From the NCBI GenBank assembly GCA_033763455.1, contig JANRKO010000040.1:1-30021 (forward strand): a DNA stretch of 30,021 bases. The letters are read 5' to 3'. The position numbers and the translations under genes are program-made. Shown piece by piece: positions 18,740-27,707 of the stretch. Source of the stretch: Polyangiaceae bacterium. Its GTDB lineage: Bacteria > Myxococcota_A > Polyangia > Polyangiales > Polyangiaceae. The notes beneath the pieces were generated by a model. That model was given only the letters and a program-made list of their open reading frames with translations, was not told the origin of the DNA and ran no database searches. Position 1 is the stretch's first letter; every line of letters begins with the position of its first letter.

Positions 18740-19120
18740 TCATGCGCTAGCGGGATGGTGAGCAAGCGGCGAAAATTCGCCCACAAACCAGACATGTCCG
18801 AAAGGATCCACGAATCCGCCTTGCCGGTGCGGACCCCAGGGCGTCGCATGAACCTGGATCTCGTGACCACGGGTCGTGGCACCGGCCGCGAGAGCGTGGG
18901 CAATCAACACATCGGGCTCGTCACAGAACAGTTCAATGCGTACCGAAGGCATGCCAAGCCTCTCTGGGCTCTCCCATCCGTTGTTCTCTGGCTCGCCGAG
19001 AAAGAACGCCGCGCCTTGAATCTCCAGGCCGACCACCGAACCGAGATTCCAGAGCTGCCTTGCGCCGAGGGCGCGTTCGTACCATTCCGTCGCGAGTGCC
19101 GCGTCCGGGACTGCGAGCAT
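18740..19120 (-). CDS. VOC/glyoxalase (PhnB-like) family protein, possibly 5'-truncated
   Basis: MLAVPDAALATEWYERALGA...WGPHRQGGFVDPFGHVW. Confidence 0.88.
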   Translation of the reverse strand: MLAVPDAALATEWYERALGARQLWNLGSVVGLEIQGAAFFLGEPENNGWESPERLGMPSVRIELFCDEPDVLIAHALAAGATTRGHEIQVHATPWGPHRQGGFVDPFGHVWFVGEFSPLAHHPASA

Positions 19121-19126
19121 GCCAAG

Positions 19127-19456
19127 TTAGCCCGTCGCGCCATTGTCGAATCCGCACGCAACCAAGAGCGCGCTACGGACGGCGGGCCATCTTGACTCAG
19201 ATAGGGTGGTGATGAGCGGCCCCATGCGATCCCGGCGAGCAAGCGCAACATGGTCAAAGTTGAGCGCACAAGCGACGGGCATACCTTCATCCTGAGTCAG
19301 AATAACCTCGGTGGTTAATCCGCGAATGGTCCTAGTAACGGGGACGACAATAATCTCATTCAAGGTGGAGAGCGTCTGGGCCCTACCAAGGAGCAGGACC
19401 GGTCGGCGCTTGTCGGGTAGTCCAAATGTGTACCAACGAATCTCTCCGCGAATCAC
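19127..19456 (-). CDS. mazF: MazF/PemK-family endoribonuclease toxin
   Basis: RGEIRW...DKRRPVLLL...IVVPVTRTIRG...ALNFD; GTG start overlaps the upstream stop (GTGA) and has a GGAG ribosome-binding site. Confidence 0.92.
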   Translation of the reverse strand: MIRGEIRWYTFGLPDKRRPVLLLGRAQTLSTLNEIIVVPVTRTIRGLTTEVILTQDEGMPVACALNFDHVALARRDRMGPLITTLSESRWPAVRSALLVACGFDNGATG

Positions 19457-19656
19457 CCGAATGTCTCCCAACCTCCGGCATCCCAAGCGAGCTGGTCATG
19501 ATCCGCAGTGAACTCGTCTTGCGTCGGCGGATTGCTCCGGTAGGCAGCATCGGCAGAGGCGGGGCCGACGATCAGGCGCAGAAGGCGTGCCTTCTCCTGG
19601 GGGGACAGAGCCGCCACCAGTGGAAGTATTTCGTCTGCAGTAAGGGGATTCGCCAT
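19453..19656 (-). CDS. Putative antitoxin partner of MazF (67 aa)
   Basis: Small ORF translationally coupled to mazF, with an acidic, Trp-containing C-terminus; TGgTACACT extended -10 lies 10 nt upstream. Confidence 0.72.
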   Translation of the reverse strand: MANPLTADEILPLVAALSPQEKARLLRLIVGPASADAAYRSNPPTQDEFTADHDQLAWDAGGWETFG

Positions 19657-19739
19657 CGGTGCGTGGAGTGTACCAGCACGAGGGTTTTCAGTCGAATTCC
19701 TTATCAGAATGGTGTGAAAATTGGGCACGCAAGGATCGG

Positions 19740-19764
19740 GCTTAACGATCCGTGGGTAAGCAGC
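19740..19764 (-). mobile_element. Right half of an attC-like site (L'-spacer-R') upstream of the toxin-antitoxin pair
   Basis: Minus strand GCTGCTTACCCACGGATC-GTTAAGC ends in a perfect GTTRRRY core. Confidence 0.5.
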
Positions 19765-20050
19765 ATGACACTCCTTGAGCGTGGAGTGCGACCACTAATT
19801 GAAGCAGAACCGTCTGACCACGAGGCAACGAGGCGTCGGGTATCGGACGGCCGAAAAGGGTAGGTTGTTGATCAAGATCGCAGTCAAGCTTGGCATCCAA
19901 GCGAGCAAAGCGAACGACAGCTTTGCCAAAATCATCGGTGTGGGGGGATCCGTACTTAGGTCGGTGCTCTAGCAAGCACTCCGAATCACCGCTCAGCATA
20001 CCAGCAAGTGATGGACGAAACCCAGAAACCCGTCTAAAATGACTAGCTAG

Positions 20051-20851
20051 ATGCAATATCGTTTCGCGTTGGTCGTGCTCGTAGGCCTCGGCTGGGTGTT
20101 AGCTTGCGCGGGCAATAGCTTCGAAGGTGTGCAAGGCGCGAGCGGCGGCCAGTCTTCCGCAGCTGGAGGCAAAGATGGCGGGCGGGCGAGCGGCGGTTCG
20201 GCCCCAGCAGCGGGTGGAAGTTCGAACACGAGCGGAGGGCGCGCGAATTCAGGGGGCAGCTCCAATAGTGGCGGAGCCGCGAGCGGTGGCGGCAGCTCCG
20301 CCGGGGTTGGTGGGTCGGGTTCTGGTGGTCAAAACAGCTCACACGGCGAATGTGCAACAGTTCAGGATTGCACGCTGTTTAGCGACTGTTGCTCGTGCGC
20401 GGCTGTTCCAAGCGGCGAATTGACACCAAGCTGCTTGCTCGCATGTATCGTGAGTGCTTGCACTTCACAACAAGTTACCGAAGGCGACATCGCTTGTGTC
20501 GCTGGGCGCTGTGTCCTCAATCGTAGCTGCGACGACCGAGCCGTTACCTGTGATGCTCCCACGCCGCAGTGCGACGGCGGACGAGTGCCTGAAGTTGCAA
20601 ATAACTGTTACACGGGGCGTTGCCTGCCGCCTTCAGAGTGCTCAAGCGTGAGTTCATGCGCAGTGTGCACCCAAGCAAACCTGCGCTGCGCGATCCAAGA
20701 AGGGCGCCCCGGAAACACCTTCCACTGCGTGGAAACTCCGCCAGCATGTCAGGGCAATGTATCCTGCGGCTGCATGGGTGTATGCCAGGGCCTCTTCCAG
20801 TGCCCCGATCCCAGCGCCAAAGCGCTGATGTGCGTTTGCCCCGCCTGTTGA
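20051..20851 (+). CDS. Cysteine-rich lipoprotein with Gly/Ser linker
   Basis: Lipobox VLAC, a ~75-aa G/S/A linker and 28 Cys in the C-terminal ~170 aa. Confidence 0.85.
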   Translation: MQYRFALVVLVGLGWVLACAGNSFEGVQGASGGQSSAAGGKDGGRASGGSAPAAGGSSNTSGGRANSGGSSNSGGAASGGGSSAGVGGSGSGGQNSSHGECATVQDCTLFSDCCSCAAVPSGELTPSCLLACIVSACTSQQVTEGDIACVAGRCVLNRSCDDRAVTCDAPTPQCDGGRVPEVANNCYTGRCLPPSECSSVSSCAVCTQANLRCAIQEGRPGNTFHCVETPPACQGNVSCGCMGVCQGLFQCPDPSAKALMCVCPAC

Positions 20852-20923
20852 GGCGCCGCGTGCGGTAGTTGTAGCTTGTGCGCTTCGCTGTTGGCGCATC
20901 CTTCGCAAGTAACGTCCCAGCGA

Positions 20924-21562
20924 TCAATCCGAGAAACGCACCCAAAAAGACGCTCGTTTTCGCACGGGGTGCAATGTGCGCCAGAGGGCGTTGGGCAAGT
21001 ACAAATCACTGTCGCAGTAGCTGCACGTGTGGACGCGCGCGGTGTCGCTCTTCACCTTGAGCTTGGCTCCACACTCCGGGCACTCAAAAACAACCGGACG
21101 CGTTGCGTCCCGAGTGGTTACGGTAGCGCTCGGAGCCACGCCCTCTCGTTCTGGGCCGAACACTTGGAGTGCCTGAGGTTCGAGAGCGCTGAGCCAAGCT
21201 GGAACCGGGAAAGTTTGGGTGGAGGCGCCGCATTGGCAGTTCAGCGCGCCAACTCCACCGTTCGGAACGGCCTCCGCAGCGAGCGCTAGACCACACGCGG
21301 CACACTGCGGAACCTCAGGACCCCAGCGCACGAGAAACCTGAATTCTCCTGAAGTGAGCGAGCTCCCCCGCGTCTTGCCGGGCACCAGGGCAAATTCGGC
21401 GGCAAACTTTCGAAAACCCAAGATGCTTGGCCAAAGTGCGGCCTCTATTTCTAGCCGAGAACGACACGCTCCACATTCAACAACCAGCTGTGGCCCACTC
21501 AGCATCACAGCTTCGCCACACTCGGTGCAGGGAAACTGTACGCGGTAAACGAAGTAGCTCAC
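20924..21562 (-). CDS. Multi-zinc-ribbon protein
   Basis: Six Cys pairs (CTEC, CGAC, CAAC, CQC, CPEC, CSYC). Start placed at GTG 21562 (the ORF track starts at 21664). Confidence 0.8.
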   Translation of the reverse strand: MSYFVYRVQFPCTECGEAVMLSGPQLVVECGACRSRLEIEAALWPSILGFRKFAAEFALVPGKTRGSSLTSGEFRFLVRWGPEVPQCAACGLALAAEAVPNGGVGALNCQCGASTQTFPVPAWLSALEPQALQVFGPEREGVAPSATVTTRDATRPVVFECPECGAKLKVKSDTARVHTCSYCDSDLYLPNALWRTLHPVRKRASFWVRFSD

Positions 21563-21708
21563 CTGTGCCAGAATGCGGGAGGCCCCGAGGCAGGTCAACA
21601 CGGCCCTCGTGGCAAGCTGCTCGGCCACATGTTTCGGCGACCCACACGTCGAACAAACGCACATATGGCCCCATGCGCTGGAAAAACCCCCAAATCCCCA
21701 ACCGCTCT

Positions 21709-21755
21709 GCCCAAGACTTGCTCACCACTTGCCCAAGATCCGCCCAAGACCCAAG
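21709..21755. promoter_or_regulatory. Phased GCCCAAGA direct repeats, candidate regulator binding sites
   Basis: GCCCAAGA at 21709, 21731 and 21742 (22- and 11-bp spacing) plus CCCAAG at 21750, in a divergent intergenic region. Confidence 0.5.
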
Positions 21756-21801
21756 GGTAGGCGCCCGCACATCGCCATGTTAGACCGGCCGCCGAATCCC
21801 G

Positions 21802-22887
21802 ATGAAACTATCACTACAGCTTACCTCCTTCTCCTTAGCTCTCTTTGCCCTTTCTGCCCCGAGCCTGGCTCAGGCACAGACCGACAATCCCTTTGGGGAA
21901 ATCGAACTACCACCGGCTCAGCCGGGCCAGCAGGGTGCCCAGCCCGCGCCGCAGGCACAGGCACAGGCACAACCCCAGAATGCTCCGCAACCACCTGCGC
22001 CCGCGATGGCGCCTCCGCCGCAACAGAGCGCCCCTCCGAGTTCTTACAACAACAATGCGAACTCGTTCGAGCTCAACGGAAGCGGATACGGAAGCGGATA
22101 CGGGAACCAGAATGGCGGCGTTGAGGCGAACCCACAGGGTTCCCCGAAACGCTCCGGCCTCGTATTCGTTCCGCGCTTGGGGTTTCTCCTTACGGGCCAT
22201 GCCAACATGCACAGCGACATCAAGTGCCCTGATGCCTACCAGGCCGCCTCACCTTTTAGGCCGCCCGTGGGCGGCGCCTCAAGTGATGACCCCTTTTGCA
22301 ACCCACTCATCGCTGGCGCTCCTGAGCAAGATGGGTCAGCCACAGACAACTCCTCAATCTTGGTCGGCGCAGATTTACTTTACCACGTTGCCCCGATGCT
22401 TCGAATTGGTGGCAGCGCCCTTTGGTCTCCTGCCACCGAAGTCGAAATCCACACATCGAATGGGCCCACACCCATCCGCATGGGCGCCGATGTCTCGCTC
22501 GATCTGACGCTGGAGCATCTCTACGCAGATAATGGCAGCAGTGCCCTTTTGTACCGCGTCATGGCCGGCCCAAGCTTGTTGCTAACCGGTGGCGATTTGG
22601 AGAACAACGAAATCAACGAGAAGAAAGTCTGCAAAGACTTGTTTAAAGTGTGCGAATTCGGCAGCGGCGTGTACCCTGGATATAATTTGGGCGCAGGCCT
22701 CGGCGCGCTGATCCCCGTTGGAGGCAGCTCCCTCCGCACTGACCTTCTCTTGAACTACGTCGCCGTTCCCTTTCGGACTGTCTCGGCCACGGTGGAGAAC
22801 CAAAACACTGGGAAAACCTTCGACGCCAGCATAGACGAAGATATTTCGTTCGTGCGCCTATGGTTAAGCGTGGGCACGGAAATGTAA
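21802..22887 (+). CDS. Probable outer-membrane beta-barrel protein with Pro/Gln-rich N-terminus
   Basis: Signal peptide ending AQA, a low-complexity P/Q/A tract, amphipathic strands (LVGADLLYHV, GYNLGAGLGA) and C-terminal strand FVRLWLSVGTEM. Confidence 0.75.
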   Translation: MKLSLQLTSFSLALFALSAPSLAQAQTDNPFGEIELPPAQPGQQGAQPAPQAQAQAQPQNAPQPPAPAMAPPPQQSAPPSSYNNNANSFELNGSGYGSGYGNQNGGVEANPQGSPKRSGLVFVPRLGFLLTGHANMHSDIKCPDAYQAASPFRPPVGGASSDDPFCNPLIAGAPEQDGSATDNSSILVGADLLYHVAPMLRIGGSALWSPATEVEIHTSNGPTPIRMGADVSLDLTLEHLYADNGSSALLYRVMAGPSLLLTGGDLENNEINEKKVCKDLFKVCEFGSGVYPGYNLGAGLGALIPVGGSSLRTDLLLNYVAVPFRTVSATVENQNTGKTFDASIDEDISFVRLWLSVGTEM

Positions 22888-23016
22888 AAATTTCGCCCGC
22901 CTTCTGAGGCCCGGTGCCGCCGCTCGCGGGTGGCCTAGTGCTCGCGCAGCTGGTGGCGCGTCGGCGTCCGCTGAGTGGCACTAGGCTTTGCGGTAAAGTC
23001 TGATATCCCGCCCCGC

Positions 23017-23799
23017 GTGCTCACGCTGCTCCTGCTGAAAGTGACCCTCGCCCCCACGCTAGTGGCGCTCGCCGCGGTGCTTGGGGCCAAATTCGGTCAA
23101 CGCGTGGCGGGTTGGCTCCTTGGGTTTCCCATGGTCGCGGGGCCTGTGCTTTGGTTTTACGCGCACGAGCAAGGCAATCTGTTTGCCGCCAAAGCTGCGG
23201 GTGGCGCAGCGCTAGGCGTCGTTTCCCTATCTGCCTTCCTACTAACCTACGCATGGGCCTCTTTGCGCCTCACTTGGGTCCCTTGCCTTCTTCTGGGGTG
23301 GGCTGCGTTTGCCTTGGTAGCGCTACCGCTCGCCGCCGTACCCGCTGTCTTCCATGAGTGGTGGCTTTCGCTTCTGGCTGCCTATGCCGCCCTCACGCTC
23401 ACCCTTTGGGGGTTGCCCAAGCGCGTAGCGGATGCACCCGCGGGCACTCGTGGTCAAAACCTGTTGCTGCGCATGATCGCAACGGCCTTCATGGTGGTCA
23501 TGCTAACGGGGCTCGCGTCTATCCTAGGAGCGACCTTGAGCGGCATTTTTACGAGCTTCCCCGTGGCTACCACCATTTTGGTGGTGTTTGCTCAACGCGA
23601 GGCCGGCCACGATCGAGTGCTCGCAGTGTGCGAAGGCTTTGTGCCAAGCATGTACAGCTTTTCGGGTTTTTGTGCCGCGCTTTCCTTTGCGCTCCTGCAC
23701 GCGCCCTTTGGTCTCGCTTTTGGCCTCGCCCTGGTGGTGAGCTTGCTATCTCAAACGCTAGTGCTCACGTGGGTCACCCGAAGAGCGGAGCACCGCTAG
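23017..23799 (+). CDS. Polytopic membrane protein with two internally repeated halves
   Basis: LLLKVTLAPTLV...AGWLLGFPMV resembles LLLRMIATAFMV...SGIFTSFPVA; about 8-9 TM. Start is 23017 or 22975. Confidence 0.8.
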   Translation: MLTLLLLKVTLAPTLVALAAVLGAKFGQRVAGWLLGFPMVAGPVLWFYAHEQGNLFAAKAAGGAALGVVSLSAFLLTYAWASLRLTWVPCLLLGWAAFALVALPLAAVPAVFHEWWLSLLAAYAALTLTLWGLPKRVADAPAGTRGQNLLLRMIATAFMVVMLTGLASILGATLSGIFTSFPVATTILVVFAQREAGHDRVLAVCEGFVPSMYSFSGFCAALSFALLHAPFGLAFGLALVVSLLSQTLVLTWVTRRAEHR

Positions 23800-26258
23800 G
23801 CGGTGCGAAACTTTGCGGTAAGACGGATATCGCGCGAGCTCGACCCAACCCGCACCTCAAACTCCCCTGGCTCGAACACCCAAGCCTGTTGTTCGGGATC
23901 GTAAAAGCAGCAAGCTGCCGCCGGGAGCTGCATCTCAACGCGTTTGGTTTCCCCAGGCAGAAGCCGCACCTTCGCGAAACCCTTCAGCTCCTGTGGTGGG
24001 CGCACAAGCCGCGGCTCTCGGTGGCTGATGTACAGCTGAACCGCCTCGGAGCCGGCGTGCTTACCCGTGTTGGTGACTGCGCAACTTACGCCCAGGGTTC
24101 CCTCCGCTGAAAGCGTTGGCGAAGAGAGTGCGAGTGCGCTGTATTCGAACGAGGTATAGCTTAGGCCGTAACCGAACGCGAAAAGTGGTTCTACGTTATC
24201 GCGATCGAAGTGCCTGTATCCCCCAAAAATACCACTTTCCATGGTGACCCGGTTATCCCCATCGTGATCGTAATACGAGGCGAACTCAATGCGATCTTCC
24301 AGGCGCTTTTCCCACGTAAATGGCAGCTTCGCGCTTGGATTCGTTTTACCGAATAAGATTTCTGCAAGCGCTTGAGCGCCCTCTTGGCCAGGGTAAAAAG
24401 CGTGCACCAGGCCACGGACGCTGCCCACGAAAGGCGCCGCATCTACCGAGCCCCCCGCATACAGGATCCCGACCACGTTTGGAGTAATCTGAGCCACCTT
24501 TTGGAGGTAATTGGTCACATCCTGGGGCAAAGCATACTCCCGATCATCACACTCGCTCTCGGTGTACCGAGTGAAGCCAAAACACGCCACTACAACGTCG
24601 GCGTCTTTCGCGGCTTTCAGCCCTTCCCGTTGCATCTCGGCCACCGCGTCTGCTGATTCCCATGCGAGCTGAATAGCGTCATCGTCGCGTGGGCGCGTGT
24701 ACGAAAGCTCAAGGGCCACACGCCCAGCAGGCAACTCTAACTCCACAACATCCGGAAAGCGCCTAAGATTGAGCTTGGAGAACGCCAGAGCCTTTTTGCC
24801 GTTCAGAAGGAGAGTGTAATCTCCATGGTTGCAGCGGACGTAAAAGCGGTAACGGCCAGCGCGTGGAACTTCAACAAACCCGCGCCAACGCATCGAAATC
24901 TTCTTATTGGGCAGCCCTTCTGCGGGTGACTTCCACTGCCAAGCAAAATCGACGCGTTCGTCCACCCGTGAAAGAAATGGCTCACCGCTCCACGACTCAT
25001 TGTTCCAGTATTCGCCCAAAATGCCACGCTCTCCGGTCGGCGTTAGAAACTCACTCTTGTCGAATAGCGATAGCGCACGTTCCGGTTCGTAGCCGCGCTG
25101 ATGCATAACATGGGCATTCTCACCTAAGAGCGCTCGCACCGCCTCCAGCAAGCTTGCTGCGCGAAAGGGCTTATTGTAGGCGCTACCACCACCACCAATG
25201 ACCGGGGCTTCGGCGTGCGGCCCGATCAACAGGATTTTCTGCGTGGGGATGAGAGGCAAAATACCCCCTTCATTTTTGAGCAACACCACGCCCTCACGTG
25301 CGAGATCGAGAGCAACCTGAACCGTCTCCGGATCGTCCTCCGGAATGGTCGCAACTTTCTGCTCTCGATCATACCAACCGAAACACAAACCCAAACGCAG
25401 CAACCGCCGGATCTTGTCGTCAATCACCGCCTCCGATACACGCCCATCTTTTACGGCGGGCACCAGGTGCTCACGGTCGAACCAACGCGGGGACGGCATC
25501 TCTAGGTCAAGGCCGGCATTGGCGGCCGGCACATCGCTGTAAACAGACACCCAATCCGACATCACATAGCCATCGAAACCCCAGCGCCCCTTGAGAATTT
25601 CCCGAATGAGCAGCTGGCTTTCGGAGCAATGCACGCCGTTCAGTAGGTTGTATGCCGTCATCAGGGCGCCGGTGCCTCCGCGTTTCACGGCAGCTTCGAA
25701 TGCTGGAAGGTAGAATTCGTGGAGTGTGCGCTCGTCGACATCCGCGCTGCACAAGTGACGTTCGAACTCTTGATAGTTGAGCGCAAAGTGCTTCACCGTC
25801 GTGCACACCCCTTGGCTTTGCACGCCGCGAATATATTCGACCGCTACTTCGCTGGCCAGAAACGGGTCTTCTCCGAAGTACTCGAAGTTACGTCCACATA
25901 CCGGCAAGCGATACATATTAACGCCTGGTGCCAGAAGAATATGCACGCCGCGCGCCCGCCCGTCGCGGCCCAAGCCCCACCCCATCTTGCCCACAAGCTC
26001 GCGGTTAAAGGTTGCAGCAGCGCTCACCGAGGTTGGGTAGGCAGTGGAGGCCTCGCACCACCAATGCACACCAACGGGCCCGTCTGCCATTTTGTATTCG
26101 ATGATGCCGGCATTTTCGTTGGCCCGCGTGGAACCCTGGGTGGGCGCTCCGCTCAGCAAATCGATCTTCTCTTCGAGAGACAGCTTCTGAAGCATCGTCT
26201 CGATGCGAGCATCGATGGAGGGACCGTTCGGAGTAAAATCTGGATGGGAGCTGAACAT
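23796..26258 (-). CDS. Glycoside hydrolase family 3 beta-glucosidase with PA14 insert and Fn3-like domain
   Basis: DGPVGV, GRNFEYFGEDP, KHF, MSDW (nucleophile Asp), VVLLKN, PA14-like GILGEYWNN...ISMRWRG, FGYGLSYTSF and ELKGFAKV. No signal peptide; GAGG precedes ATG 26258. Confidence 0.96.
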   Translation of the reverse strand: MFSSHPDFTPNGPSIDARIETMLQKLSLEEKIDLLSGAPTQGSTRANENAGIIEYKMADGPVGVHWWCEASTAYPTSVSAAATFNRELVGKMGWGLGRDGRARGVHILLAPGVNMYRLPVCGRNFEYFGEDPFLASEVAVEYIRGVQSQGVCTTVKHFALNYQEFERHLCSADVDERTLHEFYLPAFEAAVKRGGTGALMTAYNLLNGVHCSESQLLIREILKGRWGFDGYVMSDWVSVYSDVPAANAGLDLEMPSPRWFDREHLVPAVKDGRVSEAVIDDKIRRLLRLGLCFGWYDREQKVATIPEDDPETVQVALDLAREGVVLLKNEGGILPLIPTQKILLIGPHAEAPVIGGGGSAYNKPFRAASLLEAVRALLGENAHVMHQRGYEPERALSLFDKSEFLTPTGERGILGEYWNNESWSGEPFLSRVDERVDFAWQWKSPAEGLPNKKISMRWRGFVEVPRAGRYRFYVRCNHGDYTLLLNGKKALAFSKLNLRRFPDVVELELPAGRVALELSYTRPRDDDAIQLAWESADAVAEMQREGLKAAKDADVVVACFGFTRYTESECDDREYALPQDVTNYLQKVAQITPNVVGILYAGGSVDAAPFVGSVRGLVHAFYPGQEGAQALAEILFGKTNPSAKLPFTWEKRLEDRIEFASYYDHDGDNRVTMESGIFGGYRHFDRDNVEPLFAFGYGLSYTSFEYSALALSSPTLSAEGTLGVSCAVTNTGKHAGSEAVQLYISHREPRLVRPPQELKGFAKVRLLPGETKRVEMQLPAAACCFYDPEQQAWVFEPGEFEVRVGSSSRDIRLTAKFRTA

Positions 26259-26385
26259 CGGGAACCTCGGATGTAGACGTGGCACGCGGTATATCTCAGT
26301 GCGGACAAGAAGGCAGAGGGGATCAGTCCGCCTAGTGCCACAAATCTTTGCAGCCAGCCCGCTCCGACGCGACTACACTCCCGGC

Positions 26386-27654
26386 GTGACACAACCAACA
26401 CGCCCTGAGGCCGAATCGTCTGTGCCTCCAGAAGCACCCACCGAAGGTTATCCGGACGCGCCACTTGAGGCATCGCCTTCAGCACCGCGGGATGCCGCTA
26501 ATGTCGCCACGTCCAGCGTGTTGGCGCCGGAAGCGACTTTCGCCACCCAGCAGCGCTTGCAACGCATGGTGCTCGGGATCCTGGCACTCGGAATTAGCGC
26601 GCTCTTTCTGTGGATGATTCACGAGTTTCTCATCGCGCTCCTCTTCGCGGCGATCTTGAGCTCCATGGCGCTCCCGCTGCACGCCTGGCTCACGCCGCGC
26701 TTATGGGGAAAAAAGACGCTCGCTTCGGCGGCCACACTTTCCGTGTTGCTCTTAGTTCTGATTGTGCCGCTAACGGCTTTCTTGGCGGTGGTAGCCACCC
26801 AAGCCGTGGACCTCGGTGAACGCGCTCAGCCGTGGATTACCGAACAAGTGCGCCACGCGCCAGACGTTGGCTCATCGCTGAAAGACACGGCCCTCTACCG
26901 CACGCTCGAACCCCACCGCGAGGAGATCTTGCAGAAGCTGGGTGAGGCGGGGCAGGCCGTTGGCCGGGCCTTGGTAGGGTTGCTGACACAAGCCATCGCC
27001 GACACCGTTTCGTTCCTGTTTATGCTGTTCGTGATGCTCTACGCCACGTTCTTTTTCCTGATCGATGGCCGTTCGGTGCTGAGGAAGATCTTGTATTACC
27101 TGCCCCTCGCTTCCGACGACGAAACACGCATGATTGATCGCTTCGTTTCGGTAACGCGCGCCACGATCAAAGGCACTCTAGTCATTGGCATTCTTCAGGG
27201 GGCGCTGGGCGGCTTAGCCTTCTGGGTAGCAGGCATCGAAGGCGCCGCACTTTGGGGCACAGCCATGGCAATTCTCTCTGTAATTCCGGGAATTGGTCCG
27301 CTTTTGGTGTGGCTGCCAGCTGTTGTCTATTTGGTAGCAGCGGGCCACTTCACAGCCAGCTTGGGGCTCTTCTTGTGGTGCTCGCTCGTGGTGGGCAGTG
27401 TTGATAATCTGCTGCGTCCCTGGCTCGTGGGCAAAGACACTCAGATGCCCGATCTTCTGATATTCCTCTCAACACTCGGTGGCATTGTGCTGTTTGGAGC
27501 CGCTGGCATCGTGATAGGACCGATCCTTGGCGCGCTCTTTATCACCGTGTGGGATCTGTATGGCGTAGCATTTAAAGGTGTGCTTCCGCCCTCACACGCC
27601 TCAACACGCGACGGCGCCCTACGTGGGGAACGCCCTTCTCTGCCCCCAAGCTAA
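26386..27654 (+). CDS. AI-2E (PerM/YdiK) family transporter
   Basis: FFFLIDG, ILQGALGG, SVIPGIG, VDNLLRPWLVG and STLGGIVLFGAAGIVIGP. Start placed at GTG 26386. Confidence 0.93.
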   Translation: MTQPTRPEAESSVPPEAPTEGYPDAPLEASPSAPRDAANVATSSVLAPEATFATQQRLQRMVLGILALGISALFLWMIHEFLIALLFAAILSSMALPLHAWLTPRLWGKKTLASAATLSVLLLVLIVPLTAFLAVVATQAVDLGERAQPWITEQVRHAPDVGSSLKDTALYRTLEPHREEILQKLGEAGQAVGRALVGLLTQAIADTVSFLFMLFVMLYATFFFLIDGRSVLRKILYYLPLASDDETRMIDRFVSVTRATIKGTLVIGILQGALGGLAFWVAGIEGAALWGTAMAILSVIPGIGPLLVWLPAVVYLVAAGHFTASLGLFLWCSLVVGSVDNLLRPWLVGKDTQMPDLLIFLSTLGGIVLFGAAGIVIGPILGALFITVWDLYGVAFKGVLPPSHASTRDGALRGERPSLPPS

Positions 27655-27707
27655 AAAGAGCGCCCGGAGAGCTCGCTCCCATCACGTCAAATCAGGGAGA
27701 GATGGCA

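Noticed and set aside
18170..19195. 341-aa plus-strand ORF
   Set aside because: It overlaps three well-supported minus-strand genes and has no recognisable motifs.
19799..19972. 57-aa ORF containing RGVGYRTAEK...IAVKLGI, resembling a helix-hairpin-helix motif
   Set aside because: It is too short, has a TTG start and no ribosome-binding site; the resemblance could be chance.
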